Assembly: GCA_041671225.1 (NCBI GenBank)
Contig: JBAZBY010000001.1
Span: 238,940-302,939 of the forward strand
DNA from: Patescibacteria group bacterium
GTDB taxonomy: Bacteria > Patescibacteriota > Patescibacteriia > JBAZBY01
Reading direction: 5' to 3'
DNA: 64,000 bases
Shown here: piece by piece, positions 1-12,090 of the stretch
How positions within the stretch are numbered: position 1 is the first letter of the stretch
Layout of the letters: every line of letters begins with the position of its first letter
Position numbers and translations under genes: made by a program
Notes under the pieces: model-generated
Databases searched by the model: none
The model's input: only the letters and a program-made list of their open reading frames with translations
Told to the model about the DNA's origin: nothing

Positions 1-143
1 CACTGCAGGCATGCGTCTTACAAAAATACTCCACACGTGGTCCGGATTCCCGCAGTTCCTCCTCTAGTGAACACCGAGTGGGGAGTGATGCCGCATCAAC
101 CCTCACCGGGCTGATTTTTCATTTATTATCATCTCTAATTCCC

Positions 144-785
144 ATGAATACCCGCATTGCCATTGCCCTCACCATATACCTCACGGCGCTCATCGCCTCC
201 AACACGCTCGGCATCAAACTCATGCCATTCATCTTCGGGACGCATCTTTCCATCGCCATCTTTGCCTTCCCCATCGTCTTTCTCATGACCGATGTCATCG
301 GCGAAGTCTACGGGAAACAGACTGCACGCCTGTTTGTCCGCATGGGCCTTCTTACAACCGTCATCTTTCTGCTCTTGAACCTCCTTGCAAACATCATGCC
401 GGCATCAAAGGAATTCACCCTCAACTCCTCCTATAACCAGATCTTCGGGCTCTCATTCCGCTTCGCCCTTGCATCATTTGCCGCTTTCCTTGTCGGCGAA
501 TTCCAGGATGTCTTCGCCTTCTTCGCGCTCCGTAAAATGTTCCACGGCCGGTGGTTCGGGATCCGCTCGATACTCTCCAACCTTTGGAGCCAGCTGCTGG
601 ATAGCGTGATCTGGTTCAGCATCGCATTCGCCGGCGTGTACTCCGTAAAAATCATTATTCTCACGCTGATCCCATGGTGGCTGTTCAAGGTGGGTATGGG
701 AGTGCTTTACCTTCCTTTCAGCTATATCGGCATCAAGCTCCTGCGCCGCGGTGAGAAAATTGACCAGCAAACGAATTCGCGGTAG
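144..785 (+). CDS. yhhQ: Queuosine precursor transporter (VUT/YhhQ family)
   Basis: Hydrophobic protein with family motifs FPIVFLMTDVIGEVYGK, AFLVGEFQD and RSILSNLWSQLLDS. ATG 144 is preferred over the ORF-track start at 78. Confidence 0.85.
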   Translation: MNTRIAIALTIYLTALIASNTLGIKLMPFIFGTHLSIAIFAFPIVFLMTDVIGEVYGKQTARLFVRMGLLTTVIFLLLNLLANIMPASKEFTLNSSYNQIFGLSFRFALASFAAFLVGEFQDVFAFFALRKMFHGRWFGIRSILSNLWSQLLDSVIWFSIAFAGVYSVKIIILTLIPWWLFKVGMGVLYLPFSYIGIKLLRRGEKIDQQTNSR

Positions 786-797
786 CGTCAACCATGT

Positions 798-884
798 GCC
801 GGGGTGGCGAAATTGGTACACGCGCCAGGTTTAGGACCTGGTGGCCGCAAGGCCTTGGAGGTTCGAGTCCTCTCCCCGGCACCA
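798..884 (+). tRNA. tRNA-Leu(TAG)
   Basis: Acceptor GCCGGGG/CCCCGGC, anticodon arm CCAGG-TTTAGGA-CCTGG, long variable arm, GGTTCGAGTCC T-arm, encoded CCA. Confidence 0.97.
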
Positions 885-1049
885 CGCCTGCGCAAGAGCT
901 ACGGTAAACACTTTTCATGCCAGAGGCAGGGTATTTTTCGTTATTATATTTCCCAAACATAATTCAAAAGCAGACGCCCGTCGCACTTCGTAGTGGACGG
1001 GCGGTTGGAGGAGCTGTTGACTGTCGGGCGCGGGCGGGGTTCTGGCTCC

Positions 1050-1448
1050 CTAGAGTCGGAAAGCTTCCGGAAGCAAGTCGCGCAGACGGTAGATCCCGGA
1101 CCCTGTCTTGCCGAGACTGATGATGACCTGAGAGTCATCATCCATGAACTCGGCCATCACCTGACGGCACGCCCCGCACGGCATGAGTGTACGTGGCTCG
1201 TTCGGGTCGCCGTTGATGCAGGCGCAGGCCAGCATCGCGATGCGCCGCTCGCCGGACGATATGGCCTTGAAGATAGCGACGCGTTCCGCGCAGATCGTGA
1301 GCCCAAGGCTCGCGTTCTCGACATTGCATCCCGTGTAGACGGTTCCGCTTTCCCCGACGGCCGCGGCGCCTACGGGAAAGTGCGAATAGGGCGAGTGCGT
1401 ATTTTCCGCGGCCTGAATCGCAATGAGCAGAAGTTCTTTCGGGTCCAT
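1050..1448 (-). CDS. cdd: Cytidine deaminase (homotetrameric type)
   Basis: PYSHFPVGAA, GCNVENAS, CAER and PCGACRQ motifs. SD AAGGAGG precedes ATG 1448. Confidence 0.93.
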   Translation of the reverse strand: MDPKELLLIAIQAAENTHSPYSHFPVGAAAVGESGTVYTGCNVENASLGLTICAERVAIFKAISSGERRIAMLACACINGDPNEPRTLMPCGACRQVMAEFMDDDSQVIISLGKTGSGIYRLRDLLPEAFRL

Positions 1449-1618
1449 ATGTCCTCCTTCAGCTGATAGTGACACCATGGGAACGGGAAGACCTTAGCAC
1501 AAACTGATGAAAAAAAACAAGCTGCTGAAGCCGAGGGCATGTTTGAAAAATAATGAAGTTTCCGCTGTCCCGCTTAGGGCTTTCAAGGGCTTGTTTATGC
1601 GCATGCTACAATAGCACT

Positions 1619-2434
1619 ATGAATTCCTGGAACATCCGTGGAGACCTCCATGTCCACGCACATCATACGAATTGCGACCACCACAAGCCGGGCGATCCGG
1701 TTGACTACCACGACGCCTTTTGCGGCCGTGGCGCTATAAGAGAAATGCGCGAATACCTCAAAAACGAAAATTTCTTCTACGCCGCAATCGTGAACCACGC
1801 CACAGACCCAAAAGAGCCTGTGCCGGTTTCTCCTGAATCAGAAGAAAAGATCGCACATCATATAAAATATGTTGCCGAAGCAAATGAAGAACGTACGCCG
1901 GATGCACCGTTGCTGCTCGCTGGCATTGAAGTGAGCGTCCTCCCCGACGGAGGTCTTGATGTCTCTCATGAAAAACTCTGCCAATTGGATATCAACATCC
2001 TCTCACGACACGCAGGGACTACATCATGGGATATTCCAAAAACCATTGCGGTACTGGAACCTCTTTTTGCAAAGCACCCCATCCACGTTCTGGGTCACCC
2101 GACACGGTATTCTCCCCCAGAAACACTCGTGGGGATTGAAAACCTGCTTGCACTCTGCAAAAAATATGAAGTAGCGTTTGAATTAAATGCCTATCATCCA
2201 TTTGGCGTTGAACAGGTACAGCGCGTTTTGCAAAGTGAGGTGCTCATCACATTAGGCTCAGATATTCATCTCAACGCGCTCGGTGATCCAAAGAGTAAAA
2301 AATCCATACGCGACATCAAAGAGATCGTACAACTTCAAGATGCTGGTTTCCCAAAAAACCGCTTGATAAACACCTGGCCATTCCAAAAAGTAGATAAGTG
2401 GCTTCTCTCGCGTAAGAAAATGTGCAACGTGTGA
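1619..2434 (+). CDS. PHP-domain phosphoesterase (YcdX/PolX-PHP-like)
   Basis: DLHVH, NH, GIE, GHP, ELN and GSDIH metal-binding motifs. TGcTACAAT lies 6 nt before the ATG. Confidence 0.8.
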   Translation: MNSWNIRGDLHVHAHHTNCDHHKPGDPVDYHDAFCGRGAIREMREYLKNENFFYAAIVNHATDPKEPVPVSPESEEKIAHHIKYVAEANEERTPDAPLLLAGIEVSVLPDGGLDVSHEKLCQLDINILSRHAGTTSWDIPKTIAVLEPLFAKHPIHVLGHPTRYSPPETLVGIENLLALCKKYEVAFELNAYHPFGVEQVQRVLQSEVLITLGSDIHLNALGDPKSKKSIRDIKEIVQLQDAGFPKNRLINTWPFQKVDKWLLSRKKMCNV

Positions 2435-2481
2435 ACGCCCTGCGTCACACATCATAAGGGAAAACGCCGCAAACGATTGTA

Positions 2482-2913
2482 TCATTCGTCTGCGGCGTCC
2501 TTGCGGTTCCAGGGTCTCCGGATCGTCCAGGCCTGTGGCAGATGCGGCGCCGGCGGGCGATGTTCTTCCGCCCACCGCCTCCATGCGGCAAGATCAGGCG
2601 CGCGGGGCTCACGCCGCGACGGCGTGGGGCTCACAATGCTCTGCCAAAGCGCATGCCGCGCCAGAATGACGGCAAACCGCGCATTCCATATCGCATGCTC
2701 CCGGCTATTGAGCTTTTCAAGCTCGGCAAGAAGCTGCCGACATGTTTGCCGCAGGAGCGCCATGCGGCACGGTATGCTCATCCCGCACTCCCGCGCATAC
2801 TGCGCACGGAACTGCTCTGCCTGAGGGCCTGCAATCCATAACCCTGATTCCACAATAACGAGCTGTTCCAACTCACTCAGTACTGCACTGAGTGTATTCA
2901 GGGTTTTTTGCAC
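2482..2913 (-). CDS. Hypothetical protein
   Basis: Open frame with SD AAAGGGGG before GTG 2913. No recognisable motif. Confidence 0.5.
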   Translation of the reverse strand: MQKTLNTLSAVLSELEQLVIVESGLWIAGPQAEQFRAQYARECGMSIPCRMALLRQTCRQLLAELEKLNSREHAIWNARFAVILARHALWQSIVSPTPSRREPRAPDLAAWRRWAEEHRPPAPHLPQAWTIRRPWNRKDAADE

Positions 2914-3061
2914 GGTACAAACCCCCTTTCGTATTGGCATCCTGCGCGGGTTAACCTCCACGCGTCAAGTATAGCCATTGACAGCATGGCGCTTTTTGCG
3001 TTAGCGTGGGCGCACATTCAAGCGTATCCCTTGCTCTCCCGCACTTCCTGGAGGTACGACG

Positions 3062-3334
3062 ATGATCTTTATGCATCCCAGTCCCGTGACCCCGCTTACA
3101 CCGGGGAACATGAACGCGATGGGCCTCGAGCCCATCAACCCCGATCACGTGCGTGGCTTCCTTCCCACGGAACCCACGAACACCTTTCGTCCTCTATGCA
3201 GCGGCGTCGCGCACATCTCGTGCGACCCCAACGCTGGGCTGGACATGAGGCGCAGCATCGCCGCCGGCGAGACCTTCGCGGTCGAATCCGGGGACGTGAT
3301 CTGTGTCGGGGACTTCAAAATCAAGGTCGCATGA
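3062..3334 (+). CDS. Hypothetical protein (90 aa)
   Basis: SD GGAGG, GC3-biased codons, followed by a terminator hairpin. Confidence 0.6.
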   Translation: MIFMHPSPVTPLTPGNMNAMGLEPINPDHVRGFLPTEPTNTFRPLCSGVAHISCDPNAGLDMRRSIAAGETFAVESGDVICVGDFKIKVA

Positions 3335-3359
3335 GCGACGCGGACACACGCCCTTAACC

Positions 3360-3398
3360 CGCCGGCCCTACTTGTGAGGCCGGCGGCTCTTCCTTTTT
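3360..3398 (+). terminator. Intrinsic terminator-like hairpin
   Basis: CGCCGGCC...GGCCGGCG stem followed by a pyrimidine/T run, between convergent genes. Confidence 0.6.
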
Positions 3399-3455
3399 AT
3401 CCCTTATCGAACCGGAACAAACATGCACACTTCCCAAAATACAGCTCCATTTCAC

Positions 3456-4001
3456 TCACCCACGCAATGAAAGGTGGAACTTCTTGTACTGCATGCTTGG
3501 GATTATCCGCGTCACGATGCGCAACAGAATAAAACCAACGAGAAGCACTATAGGCGCAGCTGCGCCAATTATCGCAAGGAAAAATCCTATAAGCGCCATG
3601 AGCGCATTCACAATATTGATCTGCATCCATGAACGAACAAACGTCGCATCTGTTCCTTTTGGCTTATATTCCTTTTGTGAACTCAAGAGCCAAAGATAAT
3701 CAAGGATGCTAAGTACCGCGAATGCCACGAAGAAATACGCAATGCTATTGAGCTGTGTGACATAAATATAGAAGAAGAGGGAAAAAATGATGAAAATATC
3801 GAGAAAAACATCGATCTCGCGTTTTGGCGGAAACTTTTTCAATGATGGGCCGTAATCGATCCAATAATCAATGGTATCCAAATACGCAAAAATGAACGCG
3901 ACATACTGCCACGCACCATGCAGCGCAGGCCACCATTGTAGACCGAGCCCCAAAATAACGCCCACCATCACATCAATGAACTTGAGGCTGAAATTTTGCA
4001 T
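3456..4001 (-). CDS. Multi-pass membrane protein of unknown function
   Basis: About 6 hydrophobic segments. TATACT lies 6 nt before the ATG. Confidence 0.75.
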   Translation of the reverse strand: MQNFSLKFIDVMVGVILGLGLQWWPALHGAWQYVAFIFAYLDTIDYWIDYGPSLKKFPPKREIDVFLDIFIIFSLFFYIYVTQLNSIAYFFVAFAVLSILDYLWLLSSQKEYKPKGTDATFVRSWMQINIVNALMALIGFFLAIIGAAAPIVLLVGFILLRIVTRIIPSMQYKKFHLSLRG

Positions 4002-4066
4002 GCCTATAGTATAAAGATGCTACGCAAAATGCGCTATGGGGAGAAAAATTCGGATGATACGAACGA

Positions 4067-5161
4067 CTATACCTTATCGAACCGGAACGTCCGCCATGCA
4101 AGGAAGAATGCAACGACGATCCAGCCGCCGATCACGGCGAACTCGAACGGGTACTGCATAAAGGTGTTCCCGTCGATTGCGATGCCGCGCAGGATCTTAA
4201 GCAGCGGCGTGAGCGGGAGAAAATCCACGATGCGTGCCACGATGTTCGGCAGCATGTCCGGCGAAAAGAACACGCCGGAGAGGAACATCATGGGCGTGGT
4301 AACGGCATTGGACATGGACCCGGCGGAATCCGCGCTCTTTGCAAGCCCGCCAACAAAGAATCCTAGCATCAAGAATGGCAGCGAACCGATGACGGTCGCC
4401 AGCACGAGCAGTCCCAAATTACCGAACAAATGGATGTGGAAAAACCCCATGCCGATGCCGAGGATCAATGCGATCTCCAGCAGCACGATGAAGATGCGGC
4501 CGCCGACCTCTGCGATAAGATATGTCTTTGCGGAAATAGGCGTTGCGCGGAGTCGCCGGAGGATCTTCCGCTCCTTTGCCTGCGCAACGGAGATGGCCAC
4601 GCCGATCACGGACGCGAACATGATGCCCATGCCCAGAATGCCGGGCATCAGAAAATCAAGATACTTCGTTTCCTTGCCCACGATCCCTTCCGTCTCCAGC
4701 GCGTACAGTTGCGGCGTCTGCGTCTGTGCAAAGGTGAGCTGATCCAAAAATTGAGTCAAAACCGAGACCACAACGCCGCTCTGCTGATTCCCTTCATTGA
4801 TGATGACGTGTATCACCAACGGCTCCCCGGCGACCGGAGCGGTTCCAAAGGACTGCGGCAGCGTCACAATGGCATCAAGCTTGCCTTCTTTGAGCAATGC
4901 CTTTGCATCATCGAATGTTACAACATCGGTGTTCCGCGTGAAGGCCTTCACCTCGGCAACCTGTTGTACGAATTGTTCCGATGCCTGGTTCTGCGCATCA
5001 TCAAAGATCGCGAGCTTGAATTCCACGGGCTGATCGAACCGGAACAAGCCGAAGACCAACAGGAACATCGCGGGAAAGAACACGTTCCAGAACAATGCCT
5101 GCCGATCCCTCAGCATCATCTTGATATTCGCGGTGAAAAGTGAAAGTGTCGGGTTAGTCAC
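4067..5161 (-). CDS. ABC-2 type exporter permease
   Basis: N-terminal TM segment, extracytoplasmic loop, YLDFLMPGILGM, ERKILRRLRATP, MFLSGVFF. Confidence 0.92.
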   Translation of the reverse strand: MTNPTLSLFTANIKMMLRDRQALFWNVFFPAMFLLVFGLFRFDQPVEFKLAIFDDAQNQASEQFVQQVAEVKAFTRNTDVVTFDDAKALLKEGKLDAIVTLPQSFGTAPVAGEPLVIHVIINEGNQQSGVVVSVLTQFLDQLTFAQTQTPQLYALETEGIVGKETKYLDFLMPGILGMGIMFASVIGVAISVAQAKERKILRRLRATPISAKTYLIAEVGGRIFIVLLEIALILGIGMGFFHIHLFGNLGLLVLATVIGSLPFLMLGFFVGGLAKSADSAGSMSNAVTTPMMFLSGVFFSPDMLPNIVARIVDFLPLTPLLKILRGIAIDGNTFMQYPFEFAVIGGWIVVAFFLAWRTFRFDKV

Positions 5162-6089
5162 GGAGTTCGCTTCCGGTTAATGAGAGGAACACGTCTTCCA
5201 AACTCGCACGATGCACTTCCAGTTCATGCAGCCGCATGCCCTTGCTTTCCGACCACTGCATGAGCGGCGGTATCACGATGGATGCATGAGAAATGTGCAG
5301 TTCGTAATGCTCGTTGGGTTTTGTTGCTTCAAGTACGCCGGCGATGCTCTTGAATTCTTCCGGGTCAATCGCAGTATCCAGGCGGAACGTGAGGCGTGCA
5401 GTGGATTCCAGGTTGTTGATCAAGTTGCGCGGCGTGTCCAGCGCGATGATCTTGCCGTGATCAATGACACCCACGCGGTTGCAGAGCTCCTGCGCTTCAT
5501 CCATATAGTGCGTGGTGAGAATGATGGTCTTCCCTTCGGTGTTGATCTTGCGGATGAACTGCCAAAGATGTCGGCGCGCCTGCGGGTCCAAGCCCGTTGT
5601 GGGCTCATCAAGGAACACCACGTCCGGGTCGTTCACCAACGCGGCGGCAATGGAGAACCGATGCTGCTGCCCGCCGGACAATTCCTTCACCAGCGCTTTC
5701 TTCTTTTCCGTCAGGTCAACGATGTGCAGGAGTTCATCCGCATTGACCTTCTTCTTATAGAACGTTCCAAAAAGCTTGAGCGTCTCATCAAGATGCAGCT
5801 CGTTATAATATGAGGACGCCTGCAGTTCTATGCCGATGCGGTACTTCACCTTATTGGTATCTTTATGAGAATCAAATCCCAATACGGTGGTGTGGCCGCT
5901 CGTCGGTTTGTTCAGACCTTCAATGATCTCCAGCGTGGTGGTCTTGCCTGCGCCGTTGGGCCCGAGCAAGCCGAATATCTCGCCTTTTTCAACGACAAAG
6001 GAAACATCATCCACGGCGCGGAAGGTGCCTTTTGCCTTCCCCGGCAGCGGATATTCTTTGACGAGATTTTTTACTTCAATGACTGGCAT
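5154..6089 (-). CDS. ABC exporter ATP-binding subunit (DrrA-like)
   Basis: Walker A GPNGAGKTT, signature LSGGQ, Walker B VFLDEPTTGLD, TTHYM, C-terminal SLEDVFLSLTG. Confidence 0.95.
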   Translation of the reverse strand: MPVIEVKNLVKEYPLPGKAKGTFRAVDDVSFVVEKGEIFGLLGPNGAGKTTTLEIIEGLNKPTSGHTTVLGFDSHKDTNKVKYRIGIELQASSYYNELHLDETLKLFGTFYKKKVNADELLHIVDLTEKKKALVKELSGGQQHRFSIAAALVNDPDVVFLDEPTTGLDPQARRHLWQFIRKINTEGKTIILTTHYMDEAQELCNRVGVIDHGKIIALDTPRNLINNLESTARLTFRLDTAIDPEEFKSIAGVLEATKPNEHYELHISHASIVIPPLMQWSESKGMRLHELEVHRASLEDVFLSLTGSELRD

Positions 6090-6209
6090 AAAGCAAAAAA
6101 GAGTATAGAAGAAATAGAGAGAGTTGTCGAGGGTGACCCCGGCCGTTTCTTATAGAAACAAGCCTCGTCTCGCCGAAGGCGGACAGGTCTCCTTTTTTAT
6201 GCGCGTGGA

Positions 6210-6238
6210 TTGACACGCACCATCACATCGTCTACGAT
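6210..6238 (+). promoter_or_regulatory. Sigma70-type promoter for the proC leader
   Basis: TTGACA-17 nt-TACGAT. Confidence 0.75.
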
Positions 6239-6245
6239 GCCCCCA

Positions 6246-6305
6246 ATGAATACGCGAACGCATAATCAGAACCCACAGCCGACCAACGTTTCCCGTTGGC
6301 GGTAG
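6246..6305 (+). CDS. Putative leader peptide MNTRTHNQNPQPTNVSRWR upstream of proC
   Basis: ATG lies 7 nt after the -10 box. The 3' end of the ORF is complementary to the downstream terminator. Confidence 0.6.
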   Translation: MNTRTHNQNPQPTNVSRWR

Positions 6306-6342
6306 CTTCGTGTATTCATAAAAAGAAAACGACGTTCACCAA

Positions 6343-6367
6343 ACCCGCCAACGGCGGGTGTTTTTTT
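6343..6367 (+). terminator. Attenuator terminator in the proC leader
   Basis: ACCCGCC-AAC-GGCGGGT, then G and T7. Confidence 0.75.
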
Positions 6368-6482
6368 GTTCCTTTCAAGTATACAAACCTGAATCCGCCA
6401 AAGCCTTGCTGCGTGGCGCTCAGCGACATGAGCGGGGCGACGGCGAATCGTTCATTCCCAACACAGGAAAGGTACGGTGCAT

Positions 6483-7277
6483 ATGAAGAATCTCTGCATC
6501 ATCGGCCCGGGCAACATCGGTTCCCGGATGATCACCAGGCTCATGGAGTCCGGATACCAAGGCACACTCACGGCATACGCCAGAAGGAACATGCACCCCA
6601 TCGCCGGAGTCACAGTCAGCACGGATCTTGCACAGGCCATGGATGGCGCCGACGCGGTACTGGTCTGCGTGAAGCCCGGAGATGTGCCGGACGTGGCTGT
6701 GGCATGTGCGGACATGTTGGCGGAACGCGTTCTCATATCTGTGGCTGCGGGCATCACCACGACGCGGCTCGCGGAGCTGTTCCGGACGCAACACATCATC
6801 CGCGCCATGCCCAACACGCCGCTCTCGGTGGGCAAGGGTGTCACGGCATGGTATGCGCACAAGGAGTGCCCGGAGGATGCCGCGCTGTTCGCAAATGAGC
6901 TCTTCATGCACTTTGGCATGAGCCATCGCGTGGCAAAGGAGCCGCTGCTTGATGCGTGCACTGCGCTCTTCGGCAGCGGGCCGGCGTTCATCGTGTTCCT
7001 TATGGAAGCGGTTCATGCGCAGGCCATCCGTCACGGCATCGGTCATGATGATGCGCGCCTGCTGGTTCCGCAGCTCTTTGAGGGAACGCTCGCGTGGTTC
7101 GCTGCCAGCTCCAATGGCACGCGGCCGCCGCACTACGTGGAGCTCCGTGATGCAGTGACGTCGCCTGCAGGCACTACTGCGGAAGGGCTGTACATTCTTG
7201 AGAAGGGTGGCGTCCGTACTGCCATTGCAGACGCCATCCATGCCGCATACGAGCGCTGCAAGGAGCTCTCTTCCTGA
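6483..7277 (+). CDS. proC: Pyrroline-5-carboxylate reductase
   Basis: IIGPGNIG Rossmann motif, CVKP, ISVAAGI, RAMPNTP, GSGPAF, VTSPAGTT. Confidence 0.93.
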   Translation: MKNLCIIGPGNIGSRMITRLMESGYQGTLTAYARRNMHPIAGVTVSTDLAQAMDGADAVLVCVKPGDVPDVAVACADMLAERVLISVAAGITTTRLAELFRTQHIIRAMPNTPLSVGKGVTAWYAHKECPEDAALFANELFMHFGMSHRVAKEPLLDACTALFGSGPAFIVFLMEAVHAQAIRHGIGHDDARLLVPQLFEGTLAWFAASSNGTRPPHYVELRDAVTSPAGTTAEGLYILEKGGVRTAIADAIHAAYERCKELSS

Positions 7278-7474
7278 CCCCACGGCCGGACTGCACAACG
7301 AGGATCAACACAATGATCCTCCGCGTGCAGCCCGGCTGCTTTTTTTGAAGCATCGCTTCAAGAAGCGTTATGCGCGCTCCTTTTTGACAAGCCACATACC
7401 GCCTGCTAAGGTGGCGGTGGTTTTTGTACCCGCTCTCCTCTCCGCCAGGCACACGGTGCCGGAAAGAAAAAGCC

Positions 7475-7951
7475 ATGCACATTCGCATCCTCCAATTCCT
7501 CCAGGCCATCACCGGGATGCTTGAGAACCCGGTGAAGGAAGCCTTTGAGCGCGGCGAGTTCCACGATGACTGCAGGGTCATCACGCTCGTCTGCGTGAAC
7601 CCCACAACTGGTCACGTCTACGTGCACCCGCTCGTGAACCACGACGCAACCAGGCACATTATGCGCGGGGTCATCAAGGAGGGCATCAACCGCATCTACG
7701 ATCGCCGCGAGATGCTCAACGGAATCAACCCGTCCAGTGCCATTGACCGCGCCGTGGTCCATGGCAACGGCGTCGCAACCTTCCGCTTCCAGGACCCGGA
7801 CGAGGTAACCCCGAACCAGACGCTCTGGGTGTGCCTCATCGCGAACACCACGCAGGAGATGCAGAGCGACGCAGAGGCATACGACTGCGTGAATCGCCTG
7901 CTCCACGCCCTGCACCAGCAGGTACACTCGCAGCTGGCACCCGCTGCCTGA
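7475..7951 (+). CDS. Hypothetical protein
   Basis: GC3-biased ORF with its own promoter (TTGACA-17-TAAGGT near 7384-7412) and a downstream hairpin. Confidence 0.65.
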   Translation: MHIRILQFLQAITGMLENPVKEAFERGEFHDDCRVITLVCVNPTTGHVYVHPLVNHDATRHIMRGVIKEGINRIYDRREMLNGINPSSAIDRAVVHGNGVATFRFQDPDEVTPNQTLWVCLIANTTQEMQSDAEAYDCVNRLLHALHQQVHSQLAPAA

Positions 7952-7981
7952 CGATCAGGCGGTTATTCCGCATCACGATTC

Positions 7982-8017
7982 TGTGCTCGGGGCCCCCACT
8001 GTGGAGCCCCGAGCACA
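7982..8017 (+). terminator. Terminator-like hairpin
   Basis: TGTGCTCGGGGC...GCCCCGAGCACA inverted repeat. Confidence 0.6.
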
Positions 8018-8040
8018 ATTCTCCTAGTGTATGGGGAATC

Positions 8041-8069
8041 TTGACGTAATAGACCCTTTCCCGTATACT
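8041..8069 (+). promoter_or_regulatory. Sigma70-type promoter of the 23S-5S rRNA unit
   Basis: TTGACG-17 nt-TATACT. No other clear promoter was seen before the 23S gene. Confidence 0.8.
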
Positions 8070-8135
8070 ATTCCCACGCAGTGAATCCAGTGGATTTCCT
8101 GTGGAAAATCAAAAAGCTGAGCATTCAACACGTCT

Positions 8136-8174
8136 ATGACTCAATTAACAAGTAACTTCACGCACGGCGGCTAA
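8136..8174 (+). CDS. Putative leader peptide MTQLTSNFTHGG in the rRNA leader
   Basis: 12-codon ORF whose last codons and stop are complementary to the 5' arm of the downstream terminator. No strong SD. Confidence 0.45.
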   Translation: MTQLTSNFTHGG

Positions 8175-8200
8175 TACCACACGCTTTCTGCTGTATTGTG

Positions 8201-8222
8201 GCCGCCGAAAAGGCGGTTTTTT
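8201..8222 (+). terminator. Intrinsic terminator inside the rRNA leader (candidate attenuator)
   Basis: GCCGCC-GAAAA-GGCGG followed by T6. Confidence 0.65.
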
Positions 8223-8352
8223 GAACCTCCGACTCCCAATAGAAACCATTCATCCGCCTCTGGCGGATAGTCCCAACCTCCTCCCTAGATGTGTTTCCTC
8301 TCTCTATAAGAGATGCGTCATCTGCGGAGAAGCATGAACCGGATGAACCTCA

Positions 8353-8372
8353 TGATCGTTGACAACTGAATA
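8353..8372 (+). promoter_or_regulatory. boxA-like antitermination element upstream of 23S
   Basis: TGATCGTTGACAACTGAATA resembles the rRNA spacer boxA and the sequence that usually follows it. Confidence 0.55.
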
Positions 8373-8538
8373 ACTAGCAAAAAGAATTAAACGAAAGAAT
8401 TCGTCGATGTCATGTATCGTCCGGTACATGATGTCACAAAAACGCTATCGTGTGTCTTCAAGACACGGTAGCGAGTAGAGCTTTACCGAAGTCAGTGAGT
8501 CCAACAAATTATGCTGTTGGATTCCTCACTGGAGCTTC

Positions 8539-11865
<3,327 letters not shown>

Positions 11866-11923
11866 GAAGCTCTGGTGAGTTCATTCGGCATTTTTCTTTT
11901 GCTAGTACCGTTTCAGTTCAGTA

Positions 11924-12042
11924 TTCTGGGTGTCACAAGTGAAGTGGATACACCCGATCCCATTTCGAACTCGGAAGTTAAGCACTCCAACGCCGATGAT
12001 ACTGCGGGGCAAACCGTTGGGAAAGTAGGCCGATGCCCGGAA
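11924..12042 (+). rRNA. rrf: 5S rRNA
   Basis: CACCCGATCCCATTTCGAACTCGGAAGTTAAG and GCCGATGATACT, with terminal helix TTCTGGG/CCCGGAA. Confidence 0.96.
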
Positions 12043-12065
12043 TACTGTACTGAAACAAAATAACG

Positions 12066-12090
12066 AAAGACGTCCTTGTGACGTCTTTTT
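12066..12090 (+). terminator. rRNA unit terminator
   Basis: AAAGACGTC-loop-GACGTCTTTTT. Confidence 0.75.

Noticed and set aside
6370-6480. T-box riboswitch for proC
   Set aside because: No T-box consensus (GGTGGxACC) or Stem I motifs. The leader-peptide model explains the pairings better.
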